In this document: positions 40,141 through 49,133 of the stretch, one piece after another | Numbering within the stretch: the first letter of the stretch is position 1 | Layout of the letters: every line of letters starts with the position of its first letter | Source: a virus | DNA: 64,000 nt | Virus record (IMG/VR): IMGVR_UViG_3300021197_001635 | Span: 64,001-128,000 of that record | Reading direction: 5' to 3' (one strand) | The notes under the pieces: generated by a model | Databases searched by the model: none | What the model saw: the letters and a program-made list of their open reading frames with translations, nothing else | Told to the model about the DNA's origin: nothing | Program-made: the position numbers and the translations under genes

Positions 40141-41758
40141 AAAAGAATTAGGTGAGGCTAGAATCGCCAGAGGCTACAGGTCTGGTGGTATGCCCACTGG
40201 GGATGACAGAGCATCTGATGATAAGCCCCTCCTTATCTGGTTGGACAAGTTAGAGAGAGAACTGAAGAAATTCAGAAAGACCTATGCCAACGTAGATTCA
40301 GTAGATGCTGTGAAGCTCTATAATAGAGGTGTGATTCCTAGACAGGCTGCTAAAGATCTGCTTAGTGGAAAAGAGATCAAAGAAGAGACTCTACACTGGG
40401 AAAAGATGGGCGATGACGAGAAGCAAGAGATTGTTAAAGGCGCTGGACTTCCCAAGAGGATGTCCAATGATGCTTGGAAAGAATTGGATAGACGTGCCAA
40501 GGAGAAGCTGGGCAAGTATATCAACAAAACCACTGGTGGTGAATTTAATCTTAAAGAGAACGTTGATGAAGCACGCAGTAGGAGTGGGCGTGGAGTTCCA
40601 GCACCTCTCCCCAAGGCAACCAATTTCGCTATAAGAATGCCCATCAAAGATAAGAAGCATGACACTGAGCTTGCAAAAATTGTTGGTGCTGAGACAGACA
40701 GTAAAGGCATGGTTCAGAGTGGACAAAAGCAAGGGGACACATACGTCTTCTACTTCAAGAATGCTAGAGACAGAACCAGATTCAGAGACAAGTATCTAAG
40801 AAATGAAGATGCACCACCAGTTAATACAGGTGGGGTGTCTGGTTTGACACCAGACACAGTTGGTGTCAGAAAGAAGAAGAAGAGAAGGCGACATAACGAT
40901 ACCCACAACCCCGTCTTGTTTGACATGGCAAGAAGGAATGAGTCTGTCGAACTAGATGAGGCGATGGATCACAACAAGCGACATAAAGAGGCATTAAAAC
41001 TGATTAAGATGATCGGTGGCAATAATTGGATAGACTCTTTCGGCGACATGGTGAAGAGCAGACCTAACCCATCAATAGATCCCAATGATTCTAAACCTGT
41101 CGACTATATGCAAGACAGAGGCAGGGGAGAATGGGATTTCGCGATTAGAGCAGACGGTTCCGTTGAGTACAACCACCTTGGAAGGTCTGGTAAATCCAAT
41201 AGCATTGCGGGTTTTAAGAAGCACGTGTCTATCTTCAAAGAGTCTGTCGAGCTTGATGAAGTTACACGGATAGCTGTAGACAAAGAATTCAATAAGGTGA
41301 CCCGTTCTGGAAAAATGGACACGATGGCTGCAACTCGCCATATCGAGAAAAAATTCGGTATCAAGGATGTAAAAATACAGAAAGATAGGAATGGCAAGAC
41401 ACATGTCACCTCTTTCTTAGAAGAGGGAAGATTAGAGAAATCCCTAAGAATGATAAGAAATGGAGATGAGGCCCCAGCATTCCATAAAGAGTATTGTGGT
41501 CATCCAGTTTTCAAGGTGTCTGAACAAGAATTTGGTAACTGTAAGAGCAGACGGAGAAAAGGTGATAAATGGGGTAAATATTTCGACGGAGAGTCGCCCA
41601 ATCTTGAATCCATCAGGAAGTATTCGCTCAAGAACCCCAATAGACCACTAGTTATTCAAAACGAGGTGACTGGGCAGATGTCAATCTTCAGAAGAAGACT
41701 TAATGACGGAAGACTCAAGCACAATAAGAAAAATAAAAAGATGATGGGCGGATATTGA
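40118..41758 (+). CDS. Putative internal polyprotein with capsid-targeting-like leader
   Basis: MKNFSEF..LGE-A; linkers IKEE-T, ENVDE-A, RNE-D, ESVELDE-A, ESVELDE-V, FLEE-G. Confidence 0.7.
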   Translation: MKNFSEFRKELGEARIARGYRSGGMPTGDDRASDDKPLLIWLDKLERELKKFRKTYANVDSVDAVKLYNRGVIPRQAAKDLLSGKEIKEETLHWEKMGDDEKQEIVKGAGLPKRMSNDAWKELDRRAKEKLGKYINKTTGGEFNLKENVDEARSRSGRGVPAPLPKATNFAIRMPIKDKKHDTELAKIVGAETDSKGMVQSGQKQGDTYVFYFKNARDRTRFRDKYLRNEDAPPVNTGGVSGLTPDTVGVRKKKKRRRHNDTHNPVLFDMARRNESVELDEAMDHNKRHKEALKLIKMIGGNNWIDSFGDMVKSRPNPSIDPNDSKPVDYMQDRGRGEWDFAIRADGSVEYNHLGRSGKSNSIAGFKKHVSIFKESVELDEVTRIAVDKEFNKVTRSGKMDTMAATRHIEKKFGIKDVKIQKDRNGKTHVTSFLEEGRLEKSLRMIRNGDEAPAFHKEYCGHPVFKVSEQEFGNCKSRRRKGDKWGKYFDGESPNLESIRKYSLKNPNRPLVIQNEVTGQMSIFRRRLNDGRLKHNKKNKKMMGGY

Positions 41759-41830
41759 TGAAAAGTCTGGTCATGACAACATTGATGACTTTGCTAATGA
41801 GCAGTGGATTGATTGCATCGGAGACTAATT

Positions 41831-42748
41831 ATGAAATCAATAATGGCAGTGACCATACTACTATCTTCTCTATTATGCATGACGGCATGCGTGACTACAC
41901 GGGGTATAGATTCCCATCCAGAGAACACAGCATCCACGGTCGTGGACAGTGTAAGAGAGCAGAAAGAGCAGACAGAAGAGATAACGGATGCCTCAAACGA
42001 AATAAGTGGGAGTCTGGAGAAGATAGACAACCACGCAGATTCGATTTTAGACGAGATAGCACTTGCCCCAGAGGATCGGGACCCAAGCATCGACCCAACA
42101 TTGAACTCGATAGAGGATTCAGCGGAGTCGATCAAGGAAGAGGTAGATTCGGCCCAGAAGGAGCAGGTGAGGATAGACGAGGCATTAGAGGACCTAGAAT
42201 CCGCAAATGCAAGGGTATCCGCTGCCGTAGGTCAAATAAAGCAGTTAGAAGATCTGGTAGCAGACTACGAGCAATCCGATAGGGAAGTTCGTAAAGAAGC
42301 ACTAGAGAACCTACATAGTTTCATCACCCTATTCTTCGTGATAGGGTTTGGTATGCTTATTGGTGGTGCATTCCTAACATTCTGGGTGAATAGTAAACTG
42401 GGTGGTGTAGTCTTAGCAATAGGTGTTCTTACCGTTGGGTTCGCAGCCGCATCACAATATTACCTTGAAGAGATAGCGGTGGTCGGTCTTATTGTGTTGA
42501 TAATAGGATTCTTAGCATCTTTAGGTGTGGTAGGATGGATGCTAATCGATGGTAGGAACGATAAGAAGGCGATTGCCGAGATAGTGGAATTGATTGAAGA
42601 GACTAAGGACCATCTGACACTGGAAGAGAGACAAGAAATCTTCGGTCGCGATGGTTTCGCCTCTAGGATGACCAGTGACTTGACCAAGAAGATAATAGCA
42701 CAGGTCAAGATTAAGAACGGCTTCAAAAACCTAACGAGACATAAATAA
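41831..42748 (+). CDS. Lipoprotein with long acidic coiled coil and about three TM helices
   Basis: Lipobox MTAC, ~130-aa heptad region, hydrophobic C-terminal segments. Confidence 0.7.
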   Translation: MKSIMAVTILLSSLLCMTACVTTRGIDSHPENTASTVVDSVREQKEQTEEITDASNEISGSLEKIDNHADSILDEIALAPEDRDPSIDPTLNSIEDSAESIKEEVDSAQKEQVRIDEALEDLESANARVSAAVGQIKQLEDLVADYEQSDREVRKEALENLHSFITLFFVIGFGMLIGGAFLTFWVNSKLGGVVLAIGVLTVGFAAASQYYLEEIAVVGLIVLIIGFLASLGVVGWMLIDGRNDKKAIAEIVELIEETKDHLTLEERQEIFGRDGFASRMTSDLTKKIIAQVKIKNGFKNLTRHK

Positions 42749-42782
42749 GAAAACTAACCGACCCTTTAGAGGAACCTAACTC

Positions 42783-43154
42783 ATGCCAGACAAAACACCC
42801 AATGACAAGATAAAGAGCCTAGTAGAGGCTGCCAGTATGATTACTAGAGGCATGCCACCAAAACAGAGTGGTATGATGACTGGAATGTCACCTGCTGGTG
42901 ACCGTGGTCAGACTAGAAGCGGTGGCGACGGCGACGCACCACCAGAAGACAAAGAACCTGACTTCCCTCCACCAAGACCTGCAAAGGATTATAAAGATAA
43001 AGAAGACCTTGAAGGACGACCCATTCCCGAAAACGAATGGATAGATTATTGGTGGAATACTGGTCAAGGACCTTTCGGTCCAGGCGGTGGTATGTATCAA
43101 CTGCACCAGAAAGAGTTCGACAAACTGGGTAGGGGTGGTTGGATAATGCTTTAG
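42783..43154 (+). CDS. Pro/Gly-rich protein with NDKIKSLVEA leader
   Basis: Leader resembles NDNIKSLTEA of 24195/24635; CATAAATA at 42740. Confidence 0.65.
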   Translation: MPDKTPNDKIKSLVEAASMITRGMPPKQSGMMTGMSPAGDRGQTRSGGDGDAPPEDKEPDFPPPRPAKDYKDKEDLEGRPIPENEWIDYWWNTGQGPFGPGGGMYQLHQKEFDKLGRGGWIML

Positions 43155-43705
43155 GGATTTAAGACGTTAAAATACAAATACTTGCAGATGAAGTAGGCAT
43201 CCACGATATCACTGACTGGATTGCCTACTTTTTCTCTTTTTGGGGTCAACTCTTCATGCAGGTTGATTCCTGTCTCGCTGACCCATGCATCATGCATCTT
43301 GTCTTTGGTGGCAGCCCCACTGCCCGTGGCAAATTTCTTCACCTGTGGGGGAGTGACAGTCCCGAATTTGGTGTCTGAACTCCACAACTTATGTTTAAGA
43401 AGACCCGTATTCTCTGCCACGTCAAATACCCTACCAGTGGCAGCGAAAGCATATCCTTCTAGGAGAACGTGGTCGAACATCATTACCCTCTTCATCGCCC
43501 AATGGGATATTCTTTCAAATCTCTCTTCTTGGCATTTATACTCCTTAATAGAGCAACCCTGAATAGATCCGTTCAGGTGCTTACATGCCAGTCTCTTAGT
43601 TTTGGTAAGGAAGTAGAAGTTGCAGTTCTTGATATCCCATTTGTCACCTATATGGGTGCAAATTGCTGGACTAGTCATACTGTAATCAATGCCTGCTATT
43701 CTCAT
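43151..43705 (-). CDS. RuvC-like Holliday junction resolvase
   Basis: IAGIDYS, LEGYAF, AENTGLLK, KKFATGSG..KDKM, DIVDAY. Confidence 0.8.
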   Translation of the reverse strand: MRIAGIDYSMTSPAICTHIGDKWDIKNCNFYFLTKTKRLACKHLNGSIQGCSIKEYKCQEERFERISHWAMKRVMMFDHVLLEGYAFAATGRVFDVAENTGLLKHKLWSSDTKFGTVTPPQVKKFATGSGAATKDKMHDAWVSETGINLHEELTPKREKVGNPVSDIVDAYFICKYLYFNVLNP

Positions 43706-43733
43706 ATATTATTTATTAAGGCTATTGGGCTGC

Positions 43734-43856
43734 TTACAATACTGATTTCCCTATCATCACCCCTATCACGAAACCCATCACAACTGTGATCATGCCCGCT
43801 GGGGTTTGAATCAATTCCATTTTTCTAGATACCCAATATACTATTTCTTCTTTCAT
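43734..43856 (-). CDS. 40-aa membrane peptide
   Basis: MKEEIVYW..GMITVVMGFVIGVMIGKSVL; GAGG RBS. Confidence 0.45.
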   Translation of the reverse strand: MKEEIVYWVSRKMELIQTPAGMITVVMGFVIGVMIGKSVL

Positions 43857-44586
43857 TCTTAATTTCCTCTTCGATCCAATCATAGACAATATCTACTCTA
43901 GTAGCAGAGTTTTCATAAATCATGTCTTTATACATGCTAAATGCGGATATAATACCTACGACGTAAAAGTCGCCGTCAATAAGCATAAACAATGGTCCAC
44001 CCGAGTCTCCGAACCATACAGAGCCTCCTATGGGAAGCATCTTAAGGTTGGTAGGTTCGCTTTCTAGTGTGCCGTAATAGAAAAGGGTGTCTAGTTTGCT
44101 TCTCTTTTTGAACCCTCTGGAATATCCGACAGATACTATTGGTGTGCCCTTCATGGTATCAACCAGCGATTTGGAGTTAATATTGGAAGGTCTTATCCCA
44201 CGCACATAGGTGTCTAGGAATATAATAGCCACGTCGTGTTCTATTTTCAAAAATGCACTATACTCAGGATGCTTTAGGGAGCACTTAATACTATACAACT
44301 CGTCCCCGAATTGTACAAAAGACTCATCATTCCTGATGCAGTGGGCAGCAGTTAATACCACGTCTTCTTCAATCAGCACTACGGAACATTTAGGACGCAA
44401 GTCGTCATCCAATAATCTACCCACTGATGGGAATTCGCCCTCAGATATGGTGACAAACCCTTCTACATTGGGTGTTACTTCTATTTTTGGTGGGGGTGGA
44501 CTTTCTGTCTTGGGTGGAACCACTTTAGTGGCACACCCTGCTGCACATAACAAAATAGCTGATAGATGAACTATCTTTCTTAACAT
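43825..44586 (-). CDS. Trypsin-like (S1) serine protease lipoprotein
   Basis: Lipobox AAGC, Pro linker, LTAAHC, HDVAII, GDSGGP. Confidence 0.9.
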   Translation of the reverse strand: MLRKIVHLSAILLCAAGCATKVVPPKTESPPPPKIEVTPNVEGFVTISEGEFPSVGRLLDDDLRPKCSVVLIEEDVVLTAAHCIRNDESFVQFGDELYSIKCSLKHPEYSAFLKIEHDVAIIFLDTYVRGIRPSNINSKSLVDTMKGTPIVSVGYSRGFKKRSKLDTLFYYGTLESEPTNLKMLPIGGSVWFGDSGGPLFMLIDGDFYVVGIISAFSMYKDMIYENSATRVDIVYDWIEEEIKNERRNSILGI

Positions 44587-44594
44587 GTCCTCTT

Positions 44595-44602
44595 TATTTA
44601 TA
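44595..44602 (-). promoter_or_regulatory. T4-type late promoter
   Basis: TATAAATA on the minus strand just upstream of the protease start. Confidence 0.7.
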
Positions 44603-44624
44603 AGAACCAGAGGTTCCAGCCATA

Positions 44625-44716
44625 CCCCTTCCTGATATCAAGAAGGCATATACCACCCCTTGTATATCTCCTAGGGGGTATACCACCCGTTGTATATACC
44701 CTAACGTGACCCTAAC
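44625..44716. repeat. Upstream cassette copy 2
   Basis: 44650-44697 equals 14666-14713 with 1 mismatch; also CCCCTTCCTGATATC and two ACCCTAACG. Confidence 0.9.
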
Positions 44717-44753
44717 GTCATGTTAAGGTTTTGTTTAGATACTAGGCAATATA

Positions 44754-44782
44754 TTGACAGATAGGCTAGCCTGTGGTACAAT
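44754..44782 (+). promoter_or_regulatory. Sigma70-type early promoter
   Basis: TTGACA-17-TACAAT. Confidence 0.85.
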
Positions 44783-44832
44783 GGGTTATAAGGTTGGGGA
44801 TCGTCCCACCCATTTCAGGAGATATGCCCAAT

Positions 44833-46203
44833 ATGGCAACAAAGCAATCAATCAAGGCACGCGAAGACTTCATCAAGGCGATGAAGGATGCGGGTCTTTC
44901 TGGCATCGTGACCAGAAGTCAGATCAAGGATCTTTGCAAGAGCACTGGCATCTATGCCTGTCCTCCTTCTTGGATCTCACAGGACCATTCTCGCCGAACT
45001 GGTGTTGTCGGTGAATACATCATGCCAGAGCTTGATGATGCCCCAGCACCAAAGGCAGCACCAGTTGCCACTGCCACTGCCACCATCCCCAGTGGAGAGG
45101 TGAAGACTGCAGACACCTGCAGTGCTACTATGGCACTCGCCATGACTGGTGGTGCAAGTGAGTCCCTCGTGCCCGATAAGATCGACACCTACGTCCAGTG
45201 GGGTCACTTCAAGGACATCGAGACGATCATTCGCACCAAGATGTTCTACCCTTGCTTCATCACTGGTCTCTCTGGCAACGGCAAGACCACCATGGTCGAT
45301 CAGGTCTGTGCGAAGCTCAGACGCGAGCTGTTCCGAGTGAATATCACCACGCAGACTGATGAAGATGATCTGCTGGGTGGGTTCCGCCTCATCAATGGCG
45401 AGACCATCTGGACTGATGGTCCCGTGGTCAGAGCGATGAAGCAGGGTGGGATTCTTCTTCTGGACGAGATCGACCTTGCGTCACATGCGATCATGTGTCT
45501 CCAGCCTGTGCTGGAAGGCAAGGGTGTCTTCCTCAAGAAGATTGGTCAGTGGGTCAAGCCCGCGCCTGGTTTCCAGATTTTCGCTACTGCCAATACCAAG
45601 GGCAAGGGTAGCGACGACGGTCGATTCATTGGTACGAATGTCCTCAATGAGGCATTCCTTGACCGATTCTCCGTGTGCTACGAGCAGGAATATGCTCCGA
45701 AGTCCACCGAGCAGAAGATCCTCACCAAGGCGATGCAGTCGCTCGGCTGCGAGGACAAGGAGTTCACCAAGAATCTGGTTACTTGGGCAGATATGATCCG
45801 CAAGTGCTACTATGAAGATGCGGTTGATGAGATCATCACTACTCGACGCCTGGTCAATGTCGCTACGGCATTCTCCATCTTTGGTGATCGTGCCAAGGCA
45901 ATCGAAATGGCAGTCACCCGATTTGATGACTCCACCAAGGAAGCCTTCCTCACGATGTATGGCAAGATTGATGCCAAGGTGGACATGTCGGATGCTGAAG
46001 ATCAGCCTGATCCCAGCACTGCTGTCCGATTTAACCTCAGTTGCAGCTACGACGACAAGGATGAGGCTAAGCGTGCGGGTGCTCAGTGGGATAAGAAGAC
46101 CAAGACTTGGTGGATCACTGGGGACGAGTACAGGAATAATCCCACGACATGGGACAAGTGGAGTCCAGCCCCAGTTGCTGACCTCCAAGAATGCCCGTTC
46201 TGA
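44833..46203 (+). CDS. cobS: CobS/MoxR-type AAA+ ATPase with C-terminal DUF5710-like domain
   Basis: GLSGNGKT, TDEDDLLGG, LLDEID, TANTKGKG, LNEAFLDRF, TTRRLV; YDDKDEAKRAGAQWD..WW. Confidence 0.9.
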   Translation: MATKQSIKAREDFIKAMKDAGLSGIVTRSQIKDLCKSTGIYACPPSWISQDHSRRTGVVGEYIMPELDDAPAPKAAPVATATATIPSGEVKTADTCSATMALAMTGGASESLVPDKIDTYVQWGHFKDIETIIRTKMFYPCFITGLSGNGKTTMVDQVCAKLRRELFRVNITTQTDEDDLLGGFRLINGETIWTDGPVVRAMKQGGILLLDEIDLASHAIMCLQPVLEGKGVFLKKIGQWVKPAPGFQIFATANTKGKGSDDGRFIGTNVLNEAFLDRFSVCYEQEYAPKSTEQKILTKAMQSLGCEDKEFTKNLVTWADMIRKCYYEDAVDEIITTRRLVNVATAFSIFGDRAKAIEMAVTRFDDSTKEAFLTMYGKIDAKVDMSDAEDQPDPSTAVRFNLSCSYDDKDEAKRAGAQWDKKTKTWWITGDEYRNNPTTWDKWSPAPVADLQECPF

Positions 46204-46211
46204 ACAGGGCC

Positions 46212-46240
46212 TTGACAGAAGTAAGGAGCCATGGTACAAT
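46212..46240 (+). promoter_or_regulatory. Sigma70-type early promoter
   Basis: TTGACA-17-TACAAT; ATG at 46248 (probably leaderless). Confidence 0.85.
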
Positions 46241-46247
46241 GGGTGCT

Positions 46248-46382
46248 ATGAAAGAATTTTTGATGTGGTGTGAGGAAAATGGTCATTGTGAATGGTCTGA
46301 CCTCAAGGATGATTGGGTATGGTCTACGGGCAAGACCCAATCCGAGTTGATGAGCGAATGGACCAAGGAGATCCGCAAGTGA
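46248..46382 (+). CDS. Small early hypothetical protein
   Basis: Starts at the predicted TSS; GTGA-coupled to the next ORF. Confidence 0.55.
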   Translation: MKEFLMWCEENGHCEWSDLKDDWVWSTGKTQSELMSEWTKEIRK

Positions 46383-46699
46383 AAATCGTCGTTGAGCAGG
46401 AGTACGGCTTTCGTTACTGGTTATGGGAGGTCAAAGCAAGCTCCCGTACTGGAGTCAAGGGATACTTCCGCAAGCAGACAGCCGATCGTGGCGATCAATG
46501 GTATTGCACTGGGAATCCAGAGGATCACCTGACTATCGGTGAGTGGAAGAAGATCAGCTATGACGACTACAAGACTATGGTCGACAGCGGTGAATACGAT
46601 GCTCACGCCCATATTCATCAGGGAGACGACAGCCATCTGGTCTTCAAGGAAGAGATTGAACGTTTGGGTGGTATTGATTCGGAAGAGGTGATTTTATGA
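46379..46699 (+). CDS. Early hypothetical protein
   Basis: AAGGAG RBS, GTG start. Confidence 0.6.
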   Translation: MKIVVEQEYGFRYWLWEVKASSRTGVKGYFRKQTADRGDQWYCTGNPEDHLTIGEWKKISYDDYKTMVDSGEYDAHAHIHQGDDSHLVFKEEIERLGGIDSEEVIL

Positions 46700-46836
46700 A
46701 ACACGACGATTTTGATACGCAGATCCAATGTGAAGAGCTATACGGTTCAGAGGAACTGTTGCTCGATGAAGGCGGCATTACTGCCGCAGGTTATGAGCTG
46801 CTAGCCGATAGGGATGCAGCAAGAGAATTGATTTGA
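46696..46836 (+). CDS. Small acidic protein
   Basis: MKHDDFDTQIQCEELY; GAGG RBS; ATGA coupling. Confidence 0.55.
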   Translation: MKHDDFDTQIQCEELYGSEELLLDEGGITAAGYELLADRDAARELI

Positions 46837-46849
46837 AAGGTAAAATGAT

Positions 46850-47170
46850 ATGAGTAGTTACAACGAATTGAGCAGCAAGAGACAAATGTATATTGAAGCC
46901 ATCGTGAAGCATGGTGGAGATTTGGGAATCGACGTCACGAAGACGCAGTACAATAGGACTGAACTGCGATCGATCTCGATGACACATAAGGGCAAGAAGT
47001 GGATCCCCAATTGGATCACCCATGACAAGGATCGTCGTGCTGGAGTTGGTGTCTTCTTCATTCCTGAGGTACGAGACTATTATGGTCTGCATGTCGGATT
47101 CGAGCCTGAGACAGACGAAGGGGTCGATTTCGATTCGGTGGTAGAGACCGCCGATACAGCAGGGGTCTGA
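46850..47170 (+). CDS. Stand-alone paralog of the AAA+ N-terminal domain
   Basis: PNWITHDKDRRAGVGVFFIPE vs PSWISQDHSRRTGVVGEYIMPE. Confidence 0.7.
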   Translation: MSSYNELSSKRQMYIEAIVKHGGDLGIDVTKTQYNRTELRSISMTHKGKKWIPNWITHDKDRRAGVGVFFIPEVRDYYGLHVGFEPETDEGVDFDSVVETADTAGV

Positions 47171-47183
47171 GCACCCCTGTAAG

Positions 47184-47256
47184 GGGCTGGTAGCTCAGCG
47201 GTTAGAGCACCCGACTCATAATCGGTTAGTCGTCGGTTCGAATCCGACCCAGCCTA
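47184..47256 (+). tRNA. tRNA with CAT anticodon, probably Ile2 (lysidine type)
   Basis: GGGCTGG/CCAGCCT; anticodon arm CGACTCATAATCG as in bacterial Ile2; lacks initiator features. Confidence 0.85.
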
Positions 47257-47270
47257 TTTTGGAGAAAAAA

Positions 47271-47516
47271 ATGGAAACCACACAGAAGCAAGTAAACGAA
47301 TTTCTCGACCAACTTCGGATCGCAGGTAAGACCAATATGTTTGGTGCGGTTCCTTACCTTCAAAAGAGATTCGGAATCAACAAGTACGATGCACACAGAT
47401 TTCTGGTGAATTGGATGGCTATCGTTTCACAGGATGAATGGGATAGTATGAAGGGTGTTCTTGAAGACAGACTGGTCAAAGAGGCAGAAGAGGAGGCAGA
47501 GAATGAATCCAGATGA
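47271..47516 (+). CDS. Conserved phage hypothetical protein
   Basis: FLDQLRIAGKTNMFGAVPYLQKRFG. Confidence 0.7.
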   Translation: METTQKQVNEFLDQLRIAGKTNMFGAVPYLQKRFGINKYDAHRFLVNWMAIVSQDEWDSMKGVLEDRLVKEAEEEAENESR

Positions 47517-47892
47517 ATATCAGACTAAAGTATCCTGTTGTATATCCAAATGGACTTTGACCAAGGACGGTCTTGTATACGTTTTCAGACGATACACCTC
47601 CTCAGACAAAACAATTGAGATATGCGAGCCTGATGGCAACATAATCAATGTAGCTGTTGAATCTGCTAGGGCGGTTTGGGAAACCCTGATCAACAACGGA
47701 TTCGTGATCAAGAAAGAGGAACCACCAGTCCCGAAGAAAAAGCAGATTCGACGACAGGATTCTCGGAAGATGAAATGGGCAGAAGCGGTACGGATGACTC
47801 TCCAAGAGAAAGAACGACACGACCGCTTTGAGAAAGCTATTGAGATGGTGGACAAGACGTTTGGTAAAAAGAATTATGCAATGGAGGCATGA
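47503..47892 (+). CDS. Hypothetical protein
   Basis: GGAGG RBS. Confidence 0.6.
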   Translation: MNPDEYQTKVSCCISKWTLTKDGLVYVFRRYTSSDKTIEICEPDGNIINVAVESARAVWETLINNGFVIKKEEPPVPKKKQIRRQDSRKMKWAEAVRMTLQEKERHDRFEKAIEMVDKTFGKKNYAMEA

Positions 47893-47893
47893 A

Positions 47894-48157
47894 ATGAACA
47901 ACAACGATGCTTATACAACTTTTGTGCTCAGCGACGCGATCGATGCATTGCGTATTTCTGAGGAGAGAATGCAAGACCCATTCGCCCCAGCAGAACAGAT
48001 GATTGGAATGCTACAGGCAACTCTAGCAATCATCATCAGGTTAACCAATGGGTATGATGAGTCCAATTTCACCGATGATGAGGTGAAACTGGTGCATAGG
48101 GTGACCGAACTTGCCAATGAAGTGGCAGAAGAGATTTACACAGGAGGCAATCAGTAA
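47894..48157 (+). CDS. Hypothetical protein
   Basis: GGAGG RBS. Confidence 0.6.
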   Translation: MNNNDAYTTFVLSDAIDALRISEERMQDPFAPAEQMIGMLQATLAIIIRLTNGYDESNFTDDEVKLVHRVTELANEVAEEIYTGGNQ

Positions 48158-48486
48158 TGGCTGGAAACGCAATTTTCGTATTTAACAACAACGAGCAGAG
48201 GGAGAAGTTCTTCTCCCATAGCATCCTAGAGAAGCACTCTATCAACGAAGACACAATGGAGACTGACACCAATTGCAGAATCCGTGTACCTTCTGGTGAC
48301 TGGAAGTCCAGTGACAACCCGCTTAAGATACAGAAAAGGCTGTCAGAAGTAGCAGAAGTAGCTAAGACGTTCGGCGCTGAATGTCATATGGATTGTGGCG
48401 GTGACAATATGACCGACTGCGGAGACCATGAAAGAAGCTGCGGACAATTATGCGACTTCTGTATGTTCTCTGAGAACAGGGGTTGA
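48157..48486 (+). CDS. Hypothetical protein with Cys-rich C-terminus
   Basis: GGAGG RBS, TAATG coupling. Confidence 0.6.
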   Translation: MAGNAIFVFNNNEQREKFFSHSILEKHSINEDTMETDTNCRIRVPSGDWKSSDNPLKIQKRLSEVAEVAKTFGAECHMDCGGDNMTDCGDHERSCGQLCDFCMFSENRG

Positions 48487-48511
48487 CAGAAGAAAAAAGC
48501 CATGGTATAAT
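48483..48511 (+). promoter_or_regulatory. Sigma70-type early promoter
   Basis: TTGACA-17-TATAAT. Confidence 0.85.
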
Positions 48512-48537
48512 GGGGTTTCAACAGTGAAGGAAAGACA

Positions 48538-48885
48538 ATGACAGCAGTACTAAAAGAATTCAAAAAAGAAGTGAAGATGGCTGGTCCCACCAGACTTCTG
48601 AACATGGAAGAGATATCGATTTCAGACCTATATAATTGCCTAGGTGAAGGCATTTGTGAGATCAAGTACCTAGGTCCCGATGGAGTGGAGGAGATTAAGT
48701 CCTGCACCCTAAGAGGATCGTGGGTCGAGATCGACAAAAAGGATGACTGGATTGACCATGAATACGAAAAAGGAATCATGGTAGTCTGGGACATGAGTGG
48801 AGATGAATGGAGGGGTGGTTCTTGGATACAGATTCCAATTGATCGGATCACCTTTTTTGAGCAACTTACTGGAGTGCACCGATGA
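48538..48885 (+). CDS. WYL_2/SH3-like beta-barrel protein
   Basis: EIKY..DG..CTL..VVWD..WR pattern. Confidence 0.55.
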   Translation: MTAVLKEFKKEVKMAGPTRLLNMEEISISDLYNCLGEGICEIKYLGPDGVEEIKSCTLRGSWVEIDKKDDWIDHEYEKGIMVVWDMSGDEWRGGSWIQIPIDRITFFEQLTGVHR

Positions 48886-49082
48886 GCAGTTTTGAATATA
48901 ATATAGGTGACAAGGTAGCAGACAGGCAGTCTATGAGAATGGGTACTGTGATGGATCTGGTGGAAGAAAGAGACCCCAATGGTAAATTGACCTATATGGG
49001 TGTGAAAATGGCATTCGAAGATGGAACTTCAGACTGGATAGCTGGTGATAGAGTGGTGAAAATGCTCCTCGAAGACGGATGA
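48882..49082 (+). CDS. Small SH3/KOW-like protein
   Basis: YNIGDKV..GTV..FEDG. Confidence 0.55.
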   Translation: MSSFEYNIGDKVADRQSMRMGTVMDLVEERDPNGKLTYMGVKMAFEDGTSDWIAGDRVVKMLLEDG

Positions 49083-49133
49083 GAATAACTTTCTCTCCTA
49101 AATAAGGTAGGAACCTGAAAAGGGGAGGTAGGA

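Noticed and set aside
41755-42282. 175-aa Arg-rich ORF
   Set aside because: Alternate frame of the acidic coiled-coil lipoprotein, which has the better RBS and lipobox.
44833-46203. Cobalamin-synthesis role for cobS
   Set aside because: No cobN or other cob genes in the window; phage CobS-like proteins are MoxR-type ATPases.
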